Shown one piece after another: positions 56,209 to 64,000 of a DNA stretch of 64,000 bases. Numbering within the stretch: position 1 is the stretch's first letter; each line of letters begins with the position of its first letter. The DNA is from a virus (taxonomy: Duplodnaviria; Heunggongvirae; Uroviricota; Caudoviricetes), in the IMG/VR virus record IMGVR_UViG_3300022661_000085, positions 12,191-76,190 of that record; one strand, given 5' to 3'. The notes beneath the pieces are model-generated. The model had not been told where the DNA came from. It saw only the letters and a program-made list of their open reading frames with translations, and did not search any database. A program made the translations under genes and the position numbers.

Positions 56209-56925
56209 ATGAAAGAAAAACTTACAAAAATCCTCAGTTGGCTTGAGGATTACAAGAATGCTACCAATTGCAAGGGCGTTGTGCTTGGCATTAGCGGTGG
56301 CAAAGACAGCACAGTTGTTGCTATGCTTGCTAAGAAAGTTTGGGGCGACAACGTTGTTGGTGTTATGATGCCCGACGGTGGACAGGTTGACCTCAATGAC
56401 TCCGTCGCTATCTGTAACACGCTGAAAATCCAGAGTGCACTGGTGAATATCGGTGCCATTACAGGGCAAATGATTCACACAATCAATTCCTCTGTTCCCT
56501 TTGCAAACGTAAGTCAGAAGGCAATCACAAACATCCCGCCGAGAATCAGAATGACCACTCTTTACGCCATTGCTCAAAGCTTGGGATACAGAGTTATCGG
56601 CACCGGCAATGCGAGTGAAGCATACATCGGTTGGACGACCAAGTGGGGCGATAGCGCATACGACCTTAACCCCATTTACCATTTGACCTGCACCGAAGTT
56701 GTGGAAATCGGCAAGGAACTTGCGGCAGAGTTCGGGCTTGACCAGAAGTATATCAGCAAAGCTCCATCGGACGGTTTAACAGGAATGACTGACGAGGATA
56801 ACTTCGGATTTACTTATGAGTATCTTGACGGAGTCATCAGAGGTGAAATTGAAAGCACTGAGGCGATCAGCCTTCTCCACGCAATGAGTGCGCACAAAAG
56901 AGCTATGCCCTACACTCTTCAGTAA
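56209..56925 (+). CDS. nadE: NH3-dependent NAD+ synthetase
   Basis: PP-loop 'GISGGKDST', 238 aa. Confidence 0.75.
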   Translation: MKEKLTKILSWLEDYKNATNCKGVVLGISGGKDSTVVAMLAKKVWGDNVVGVMMPDGGQVDLNDSVAICNTLKIQSALVNIGAITGQMIHTINSSVPFANVSQKAITNIPPRIRMTTLYAIAQSLGYRVIGTGNASEAYIGWTTKWGDSAYDLNPIYHLTCTEVVEIGKELAAEFGLDQKYISKAPSDGLTGMTDEDNFGFTYEYLDGVIRGEIESTEAISLLHAMSAHKRAMPYTLQ

Positions 56926-56938
56926 GCAGGAGGGCAAT

Positions 56939-57631
56939 ATGAGTTCTGCAAAGCAAGATATTTTATCGAGGTTAAGCAAATGCCACGATCAAATCAAAGA
57001 ACATCCATTTCGCACATCCTTTGCGAGTGAATACATAAGTGATTACAAATATCTCTTATACCACCTGACGGAAATCTGGTGCGATTTGATTTGGCGTTGC
57101 GACGAGCTGACAGATATGGAGCGTGCACGCCTAAGATATTTCGACGGCTGGATACACGACTTCAGACAATATTTGCGTACTTGGGATAAAACATCGTTCC
57201 CGATGTGGTGTTTCGATTACTACGAGCAAATGCTCCAAGTAACTCACACCTTTATCGATACCGGGGAATATCCCGAGTATTATAACTTGGATGTGTACTT
57301 TATCGGCAATGCAAGAGAGGTTATATCCACGAAACATATATGGGTTACCGAAGAGAGTTGCGGTATTAAATCTGAGATTTTACCTTGCTACTTTCCTATC
57401 GGTGCTACGTTTGTAACCGATGAAGAAGCAATTAAGAAAAGAATCTACGACCAGATCTGGTCTGATCGCAGTGAATCTGCGATGGAAGCTCGTTTTGAGT
57501 ATTGGCTCAAGAATACCAAACCAGTACTCGAATACTTGAACAGTTGTCACAAAAGTATCGAGCACACTTTGCCGATATGGCACTCTATGAAATTAGAGCC
57601 AAGCAAATGCAGACCAAAGGAGGGAGAGTAA
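56939..57631 (+). CDS. hypothetical protein (230 aa)
   Basis: Start is 'MSSAKQD' after a GGAGGGCAAT RBS. Confidence 0.4.
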   Translation: MSSAKQDILSRLSKCHDQIKEHPFRTSFASEYISDYKYLLYHLTEIWCDLIWRCDELTDMERARLRYFDGWIHDFRQYLRTWDKTSFPMWCFDYYEQMLQVTHTFIDTGEYPEYYNLDVYFIGNAREVISTKHIWVTEESCGIKSEILPCYFPIGATFVTDEEAIKKRIYDQIWSDRSESAMEARFEYWLKNTKPVLEYLNSCHKSIEHTLPIWHSMKLEPSKCRPKEGE

Positions 57632-58441
57632 ATGAGTAATCGCAAAGATTCTCTCGGAGACAGAATGAAAGAAAATTACGAGAACCGAGCAAAAACTTAC
57701 TTGGTTCGCAGGATGCCTGTAATCATCCGCCTTGACGGTAAGGCATTCCATACATTTACCAGAGGCTTTGATAAGCCTTACGACGAAGTGTTCCACTGGG
57801 CGATGAACGAAACCCTGCGCTTTCTTTGTGAAAACATACAAGGATGTAAATTCGGCTATACACAGTCGGATGAAATTACTCTTTTGCTGACGGATTACGA
57901 CACGCTTACGACCGATGCTTGGTTTGACAACGCAGTCCAGAAGATGTGTAGTGTTTCGGCAAGTATGGCGACTTTGGTATTTAATCAACGTTTACATACC
58001 GCCGTATACAGACACGAAGTATCTGTTTGGCACGACGGTAGTGATACGCCCGTCGATGAAAAACAGAAAAGGCTTCACGATGCTTATGTAAAAGCATATT
58101 GCAAAGGAGCTATGTTCGACTCGCGTTGCTTCAATATCCCTGAAGACGAGGTAGTCAACTGCTTCATTTGGCGTCAGCAGGATGCAACGAGAAATGCAAT
58201 TCAGATGCTTGGACAGTGTAATTTCTCTCACAAAGAATTGAACGGCAAATCCTGTAATGCCATTCAGGATATGCTTATGGAGCAAAAACAAATCAATTTC
58301 AACGATATGCCTACCGCTTTCAAGCGTGGCGTATGTTGCTATAAAAACGAAGAGGGCAAGTGGGTAGTAGATGCTGAACCACCGATCTTTACACAGGATC
58401 GTGAGTATGTTGCCAATCATCTACTTCGCCACGAAGCCTAA
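57632..58441 (+). CDS. Thg1-like protein (tRNA 3'-5' nucleotidyltransferase family, tRNA 5'-end repair)
   Basis: 'RMPVIIRLDGKAFHTFTRGFDKPYDE...GYTQSDEITLLL' matches the Thg1 catalytic-core pattern (RxDG..F..F, D-E). Confidence 0.65.
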   Translation: MSNRKDSLGDRMKENYENRAKTYLVRRMPVIIRLDGKAFHTFTRGFDKPYDEVFHWAMNETLRFLCENIQGCKFGYTQSDEITLLLTDYDTLTTDAWFDNAVQKMCSVSASMATLVFNQRLHTAVYRHEVSVWHDGSDTPVDEKQKRLHDAYVKAYCKGAMFDSRCFNIPEDEVVNCFIWRQQDATRNAIQMLGQCNFSHKELNGKSCNAIQDMLMEQKQINFNDMPTAFKRGVCCYKNEEGKWVVDAEPPIFTQDREYVANHLLRHEA

Positions 58442-58456
58442 TTGGAGGTCGCAGGT

Positions 58457-58945
58457 ATGAAGACATATTCTTGTGACGAATGTAAAAACCGCGGGATGAC
58501 AAGCAGATGCAAACGATGCACTCATACCGCAGATAAGAAACCAACAAAGTTCAAGCTTGACAAGAATGCGGTTCCGTGCCCCGCCTATTCGAATGATAAT
58601 AAAGAGTGTAATCTTATAGTTTCAATTCGGGTATGGAAAGAGGAAATCGAAAAAATTGATTTGGAAATCAAGGCACAAGAGCTTATCGATGTAAAGCCCG
58701 TTATGGATTTCTTTTACGCTTGTAATCATATCATTCCATCAAGGTTTTTTACTTCCACCACTTGTTATGATAACGAGCATCTTCTCAATGTTATAAGTGG
58801 TTCTTTCCACGTGGTAAGCGCGAGTCAGCTAATTTCTACTCTTCAAGCAATCCGTGAAAGAGAAGCAACTTTGATTGAACTAAGAAGAAAGCGTGATGAA
58901 GTTAATCAGAAAATCGAAGATGCTAAGAAAAAATTAGGCATCTAA
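58457..58945 (+). CDS. Zn-ribbon/coiled-coil hypothetical protein
   Basis: Start is 'MKTYSCDECKNRGMTSRCKRC' after a GGAGG RBS. Confidence 0.35.
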   Translation: MKTYSCDECKNRGMTSRCKRCTHTADKKPTKFKLDKNAVPCPAYSNDNKECNLIVSIRVWKEEIEKIDLEIKAQELIDVKPVMDFFYACNHIIPSRFFTSTTCYDNEHLLNVISGSFHVVSASQLISTLQAIREREATLIELRRKRDEVNQKIEDAKKKLGI

Positions 58946-59002
58946 CAATCACAGTCCAAAGAGGGCTGACAATTAAATAAAACCTCTCTTTGGACTAAAA
59001 AT

Positions 59003-59635
59003 ATGTCCAAAGGAGGTCATAAATTGCCAGTAAGAATATCAACCACGAACAGCAAGCTCGGGTTAATCCCCTCGGTCAATCTGGTACCGGTTGTGACTTG
59101 CAGAGAAAACTGCCCTTGCGTAAAAGAATGTTACGCTATGAGAGGCAACTTCAGATTTGCGAATGTTCGCAAGTCGATGGAGCAAAACTACGAGTACTAC
59201 AAATCCAACCCCGAGAAATACTTTGAGGAAATCAAGCTTGCAATTAACAACGGAATGGTGTCATATGCCTACTTCCGATGGCACGCCGCCGGAGATATTG
59301 TGGACAAGCAATACTTCGAATATATGGTTAAGGTGGCGGAGCAACTACCTCTCACCTCCTTCTTGGCTTTCACCAAGAAGTTTGAGATTGTGAACGAATA
59401 CATAAAAGACCACGGAGCTCTTCCGCAGAACCTCAATATTGTGTTCAGCGCTTGGGGTGCCGACTTCAAGATTGACAATCCTTACAGGCTTCCTGTGGCA
59501 TACGTCAGATTTAAGGATGAGGAAAAGACGGGAATCATACCGACCGATGCGGTCGAATGTTCTGGTGATTGCACAACCTGCTTGCAGTGTTGGAAAATCA
59601 AAGCGGGACAGTCCGTCGTTTTCAAAAAGCATTAA
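59003..59635 (+). CDS. Cys-rich hypothetical protein (210 aa)
   Basis: 'CRENCPCVKECYA' and 'CSGDCTTCLQC' clusters. Confidence 0.4.
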   Translation: MSKGGHKLPVRISTTNSKLGLIPSVNLVPVVTCRENCPCVKECYAMRGNFRFANVRKSMEQNYEYYKSNPEKYFEEIKLAINNGMVSYAYFRWHAAGDIVDKQYFEYMVKVAEQLPLTSFLAFTKKFEIVNEYIKDHGALPQNLNIVFSAWGADFKIDNPYRLPVAYVRFKDEEKTGIIPTDAVECSGDCTTCLQCWKIKAGQSVVFKKH

Positions 59636-59724
59636 ATCCCCAAAAACAACTCTTAAACTGAGGCAGTTTAGCCGAAGAATGAGAGATTATATATATAATT
59701 ACATAAAAAAAGAAAGGAACTATT

Positions 59725-60846
59725 ATGGCAATCGCAATTATTTTGGGAATCCTCTTTGCAGTGCTTTGCATCGGAGGAATCATTTTCGCAGTGTATCAGC
59801 ACAGCGAGAATGACAACACGAAGCTTACGGTTGTTGGTGTTGTAGTCGCCGTTGTTATGGCGCTCCTCTTCATCACCGTGCCGTTCAGCTTCAGAACAGT
59901 AGACACCGGAGAGGTGGCAGTCGTTAAACACTTAGGTGAGGCGAAAGAAACACGCACAGCAGGTACATATTTTGACTTCTGGATGTTAAACACCTACGAC
60001 CGTTACGACGCAAAGGTGCAGAACGTGGAGATTACCACGGCGGCATATTCAAGTGATGCCCAGACAATGGATATTGCAATGACGTTGCAGTATCAGATTA
60101 TGAGTGATAAGGTTATCGATATCGCAAAACAGTACGGTTCTCTCGCAATTCTTCAGAGCAGAATTCAGTCTATTGCAATTGAGAAGACCAAGTCTGTTCT
60201 TTCCTCTTACAAGGCTATGGACATCATCTCAGACAGAGCTTCGATGTCGCCAAGAGTTGAGGAAGCAATCAAGAACGCAATTGCAGATAATTACCACGTC
60301 ACAATTGCAACCGTAGTATTAACCAACATTGATTTCTCCGACGCATTTGAAACCGCTGTCGAAGATAAGATGATTGCCGAGCAGAACCAGCTCCGTGCGG
60401 AATATGAAAATGCTGCAAAGATCGCTGCCGCCGAGGCAGAGGCTAAGGCAGCCGTACAGAAGGCAGAGGGCGAAGCTCAGGCTAAACTCAAGGAAGCGCA
60501 GGCTCAGATTGAGATCGCAAAAGCACAGGCGGAAGCCAAGCTGATTGCGGCACAGGCTGACCGTGAGGCACAAGTTGAGGTTGCTCGTGCCGAGGCTCAG
60601 GCTATTCAGCTTAAGTCTATCGAGATTGCAAGAACTCTCGGCTTTACAATCAACGAAACCACCATTACCAACGAAGATGGTACTACTTCTATCGAGTACG
60701 TAATCGACTTCGAGGGCAAGACGGCTGAAGAGATTGCAGTCATCACCGATTACCTCAAGTATATGGAGTATCTCGCTAAGTGGGACGGCGAGCTTCCCAA
60801 TGTTATGACGGACAGTTCCGCAACCATCGTAGTTCCCACCACATAA
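59725..60846 (+). CDS. SPFH/band-7 (stomatin/prohibitin-like) membrane protein with C-terminal Ala/Glu/Lys coiled-coil
   Basis: N-terminal TM helices, an SPFH core 'VVKHLGEAKETRTAGTYFDFWMLNTY...TMDIAMTLQYQI', and an AEAEAKAAVQKAEGEAQAKLKEAQAQ repeat. Confidence 0.65.
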   Translation: MAIAIILGILFAVLCIGGIIFAVYQHSENDNTKLTVVGVVVAVVMALLFITVPFSFRTVDTGEVAVVKHLGEAKETRTAGTYFDFWMLNTYDRYDAKVQNVEITTAAYSSDAQTMDIAMTLQYQIMSDKVIDIAKQYGSLAILQSRIQSIAIEKTKSVLSSYKAMDIISDRASMSPRVEEAIKNAIADNYHVTIATVVLTNIDFSDAFETAVEDKMIAEQNQLRAEYENAAKIAAAEAEAKAAVQKAEGEAQAKLKEAQAQIEIAKAQAEAKLIAAQADREAQVEVARAEAQAIQLKSIEIARTLGFTINETTITNEDGTTSIEYVIDFEGKTAEEIAVITDYLKYMEYLAKWDGELPNVMTDSSATIVVPTT

Positions 60847-60862
60847 AAAACATAAAGGAGAT

Positions 60863-62002
60863 TTGGTTATGGCAAGAGCTTTAGCTCATGTTGAACAAAT
60901 CGTCTGGAAAAAGCCTATTGAGGGTGCCGACAGGATTGAGCTTGTCGGTGTCCTCGGATGGCAGTGTATCGCCAAAAAGGACGAGTTCCAAGTAGGCGAG
61001 CCGTGCGTTTACATAGAAATCGACAGTATTGTAGACAAGGATAATCCCGACTTTGCTTTCCTCGAAAAGAAGCATTACAAGATTAAGACAATGAAGATGA
61101 AGGGCGTGATTTCTCAGGGAATTGTTTTCCCGATGGGTATTCTTCCCTTCCCGGACTACAACATTGGCGACGACGTTACTTCGGTTTTGAAAATCACCCA
61201 GATTGAGGACGATGTACCGAAGGCTAAACCCGTAGACCAGATGACTCGTTTCAAACAGCAACATAAAAAACTATATAACAACAAGCTTATCAGGTATATG
61301 ATGAAATATACTTGGTTCAGAAAGCTTATGTTCAAGTTCTTCATCCCTAAAAAGAAAGCGAAAGGCTTCCCCGATTGGATCGTGAAGACTGACGAAACTC
61401 GTTTGCAGAATATGCCGTTCGTTCTTGAGACTTTCAAGGACAAGCCGATGGTTGTTACCGAGAAGCTTGACGGTACATCAACGAGCTTCGGTCTAAGAAA
61501 AGAAAAGAAAAGAAAATACGACTTCGCGGTGTGCTCTCGTAACGTTCGACAGGCTGACATCAATCAAAAGTGTTTCTACGAAGATAATGTCTATCACGAG
61601 ATGTCGAATAAGTACAACATCAAGAGTGTCTTGATGACGATACTTGAGAGATATAACGCGACGACAGTAGTGCTTCAAGGAGAAACAATCGGCGAGTCAA
61701 TCCAGAAGAATAAGTACGGTTTGACCGGCAGAGACTTCTATGCATTCAACCTTGTTGTTGACGGCAAAAAGATTGATAGCACAGAGGCTATCAACATCGT
61801 TAAGGAATTCGGTATCAAGTGGGTGCCAATCCTCGATGAAAACTTTATCTTGCTTCCAACCGTAAACGATATGATTCAGTTTGCGGACGGTAAATCAGTT
61901 CTTTGCGACACGCTGCGCGAAGGACTGGTAATCCGAGATCACGACAACACAACAAGTTTTAAATGCATCAGCAACCAGTTCCTCCTTATGCACAATCTAT
62001 AA
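60863..62002 (+). CDS. ATP-dependent nucleic-acid ligase family protein (KxDG motif), probable RNA ligase
   Basis: Motif I 'VVTEKLDGTSTSF'. 379 aa. Context is RNA-repair genes. Confidence 0.5.
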   Translation: MVMARALAHVEQIVWKKPIEGADRIELVGVLGWQCIAKKDEFQVGEPCVYIEIDSIVDKDNPDFAFLEKKHYKIKTMKMKGVISQGIVFPMGILPFPDYNIGDDVTSVLKITQIEDDVPKAKPVDQMTRFKQQHKKLYNNKLIRYMMKYTWFRKLMFKFFIPKKKAKGFPDWIVKTDETRLQNMPFVLETFKDKPMVVTEKLDGTSTSFGLRKEKKRKYDFAVCSRNVRQADINQKCFYEDNVYHEMSNKYNIKSVLMTILERYNATTVVLQGETIGESIQKNKYGLTGRDFYAFNLVVDGKKIDSTEAINIVKEFGIKWVPILDENFILLPTVNDMIQFADGKSVLCDTLREGLVIRDHDNTTSFKCISNQFLLMHNL

Positions 62003-62012
62003 GGAGAAACCG

Positions 62013-62237
62013 GTGAACGATAAGAGAAGAAAGAAAATCAAAGACGTTATTAAGAGATTGAACGATTGCAAAGACGATCTTGAATCAATCAAGGAAGACG
62101 AGGATGAGGCAAGGGACAACATACCTGAGCCTCTTCAAAACGGCGACACTTATTGCGAGTCAGAGGAGTGTAGTGATAAAATAGAAGATGCGATCTCTGA
62201 CATCAAGGATGTCGTCGATAGTTTAGAAAACATTTAA
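62013..62237 (+). CDS. small acidic protein (possible antitoxin for the downstream MazF-like gene)
   Basis: 74 aa, Asp/Glu-rich, immediately upstream of the toxin gene. Confidence 0.3.
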   Translation: MNDKRRKKIKDVIKRLNDCKDDLESIKEDEDEARDNIPEPLQNGDTYCESEECSDKIEDAISDIKDVVDSLENI

Positions 62238-62254
62238 AACAGGCGGTATCAAGG

Positions 62255-62599
62255 ATGCATCGAGGCGAAATATATTTGGTAGACTTGAGCACTCACGTTG
62301 GCTCCGAGCAATCAGGAATACGCCCCGCTTTAATCGTGCAGAATGAACGGGGGAACGCTTGTTCCCCCACCACAATCATCTGCCCTTTGACTTCTAAACA
62401 GAAGCCGTCAATGGACACACACGTTCCGTTGACACCAAGTGATTGTGGTATTATCAAGGAATCAACTGTTTTGTGCGAGCAAATCAGAGTGATTGATAAA
62501 TCCCGCATTAGAAGAAAAGTAGGCGAGGTCATCAACATTCAAAAGATTGAAGACATCAATCAAAAATTGATGATATCTATAGGAATAGGAGTCCAATAA
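62255..62599 (+). CDS. MazF/PemK-family endoribonuclease toxin
   Basis: 'GEIYLVDLSTHVGSEQSGIRPALIV' is the canonical PemK/MazF N-terminal motif. 114 aa. Confidence 0.7.
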   Translation: MHRGEIYLVDLSTHVGSEQSGIRPALIVQNERGNACSPTTIICPLTSKQKPSMDTHVPLTPSDCGIIKESTVLCEQIRVIDKSRIRRKVGEVINIQKIEDINQKLMISIGIGVQ

Positions 62600-62809
62600 G
62601 TGGCTACATATCAACCATTAACTAAGATAATTACCGACGATGAGGGTAATCAGATGGTTACTTGTCGGTATTACGGTACTGAAGAGTGCCGTAAGATACA
62701 TACGCCAAGCAGATGCAGTGACTGCCCTATGCTGGCAGCCATATTTAATCAACTTCGAGTATTCGAAGAAATTTATACAGAGGAGGTAAACAAAACCAAT
62801 GCAAAATGA
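62600..62809 (+). CDS. small hypothetical protein (69 aa)
   Basis: Cys-containing ORF. Its start directly abuts the toxin stop. Confidence 0.3.
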   Translation: MATYQPLTKIITDDEGNQMVTCRYYGTEECRKIHTPSRCSDCPMLAAIFNQLRVFEEIYTEEVNKTNAK

Positions 62810-63800
62810 CGTTGAGGTTACTCTTGCCCCGCATTTAGCCGAAGCAATTCACCGAATGTACGAAACAGAAGCTCAAACTATTGCCCGGCTTGAACGAGAA
62901 AAAGAGCAATTAGCAAACGACCTAAGCACTGAGAGAAGATTGCGCTACGATGCAGAGCGCAAAGTTGAAGAGCTTGAGCAAACAATACACCAGCTCAAAA
63001 CAGTTATCCCGAAAAAACGTCGTCTGAAAGCAACTGGCGAGCACGAGGAATATACTGATTTTAAGAGCGATGGCAAGCGAAAGGCTCACGCGGCGGAGCC
63101 GATTCGGTCTTACGAAGACTTCGTTGCGATACAAAATTACTTCCTCGAACGTAAAAGAATTCGCGACTGGATGATGTGGACTGTAGGTGTTAGCCTCGGT
63201 TTAAGAATTTCAGACTTACTCTCTTTGAAAATAAGTGCCTTTCTCAACGAGGACAAAACCTTCAGAGAAAGGATGTACGTAATAGAACAAAAAACCAGTA
63301 AAATAAATGACTGTTTAATCACGGAGTCCGTGATAGATGCTATTACAAAATACTTCGATTCCATCCAATGGAAATTCGATCTGGACGATTACCTCTTCAA
63401 GAGCAACAAGACGAAGGGGAAAATGTATGAGGAATATGGGTGGAAGATTTTGTCCGATGCGGGCAAAGCACTAAAACTCCCGATCGTAATTGGCTCACAC
63501 ACGATGAGAAAGAGTTTTGCTAACATCGCTGCCTGTGTAGATAAATCCAGCATTGATATGAACGCCATTACCAAGATCCAAGGTTTGCTTAACCATAGCG
63601 ACCAGAGGGTTACAATGAGGTATCTCGGCACGTATCAAGCGATGTTCGACAGGGCTCGTGTATCAGTGAGTGATTTCGTTCTCGGAAGAACAGACGTGCA
63701 TGACCTAATCGCAGGAAACAATTACACCATAGACGACATTGTCCTCAAGCTTGATGCTTTGGAGAGTAAAATGTCAGAAAAAGAAACGACAGGAGATTAA
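62799..63800 (+). CDS. tyrosine recombinase/integrase family protein with N-terminal coiled-coil
   Basis: C-terminal 'GSHTMRKSFANIAA...LLNHSDQRVTMRYLGTYQ' matches the H-x-x-R ... Y catalytic pattern. Confidence 0.65.
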   Translation: MQNDVEVTLAPHLAEAIHRMYETEAQTIARLEREKEQLANDLSTERRLRYDAERKVEELEQTIHQLKTVIPKKRRLKATGEHEEYTDFKSDGKRKAHAAEPIRSYEDFVAIQNYFLERKRIRDWMMWTVGVSLGLRISDLLSLKISAFLNEDKTFRERMYVIEQKTSKINDCLITESVIDAITKYFDSIQWKFDLDDYLFKSNKTKGKMYEEYGWKILSDAGKALKLPIVIGSHTMRKSFANIAACVDKSSIDMNAITKIQGLLNHSDQRVTMRYLGTYQAMFDRARVSVSDFVLGRTDVHDLIAGNNYTIDDIVLKLDALESKMSEKETTGD

Positions 63801-63802
63801 AA

Positions 63803-64000
63803 ATGAAATTCACGAGTGCAAAACTTGACAGAAACTGCGTTCTCTCGATGAACGTAGTATTTGACACCGACCTTCTCGGCGCAATTAAAAAAGAGGAGGA
63901 CGGTTTCTTCTCCGGCTCATACGATATGAGCGACGGCGGAGTATCTGAGGAGTCTCTCTTCCCCATCATCGAAACCCTTTTGGTAATCCACCTCACCAAT
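63803..64000 (+). CDS. hypothetical protein, 5' partial at the window end
   Basis: ATG after a GGAG RBS. The ORF continues to the window edge. Confidence 0.3.
   Translation, partial: MKFTSAKLDRNCVLSMNVVFDTDLLGAIKKEEDGFFSGSYDMSDGGVSEESLFPIIETLLVIHLTN

Overview
This window is a contiguous segment of a large temperate tailed-phage (or prophage) genome. Function calls rest on motifs read by eye from the ORF translations, and the tRNAs were folded by hand. Left third (about 0.3-19.7 kb, minus strand): a virion morphogenesis module (candidate small terminase, large terminase, portal, head proteins, major capsid, connector and tail proteins, tape measure) with a GIY-YIG homing endonuclease inserted in it. 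It is followed by a tyrosine integrase, an HU-like protein, a metallophosphoesterase, three minus-strand tRNAs, a second GIY-YIG gene, a 912-aa protein with a D-x-D-x-D motif, and a P-loop ATPase. Middle (about 28-35 kb): an ORF-poor, repeat-rich island. It has tandem and inverted AGTAAGCT-type repeats, a GC-rich tract packed with CCCC-N3/4-GGGG hairpins, repeated promoter-like units, a protein with a sigma region-4-like HTH, and an ~880-nt ORF-free region with DnaA-box-like repeats. Right half (35-64 kb, plus strand): two tRNA arrays carry at least 15 tRNAs with encoded CCA. Three of these are abnormally long tRNA-like genes with ~40-nt insertions. They sit next to a Ro60/TROVE-vWA homolog. 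The half also carries a complete ubiquitin-like conjugation operon (Ubl, E2-like, JAB, E1), a stand-alone YADD reverse transcriptase followed by RNase H and flanked by structured repeats, and an RNA end-healing/repair toolkit (kinase-HD, NTase, phosphatases, Thg1-like, RNA ligase). It further contains an NAD+ salvage/reconstitution cluster (PncA, Prs-like, NAMPT-like, Macro, NadE), an SPFH protein, a MazF-like toxin and a second tyrosine recombinase. A conserved two-hairpin intergenic element (4 copies) and a conserved promoter/operator motif GTGTCTAAATATGG recur through the plus-strand region. The ubiquitin-like conjugation operon, the Ro60 homolog with its adjacent long tRNA-like genes, and the RT/RNase H locus with its flanking repeats look like the most interesting candidates for a new system.
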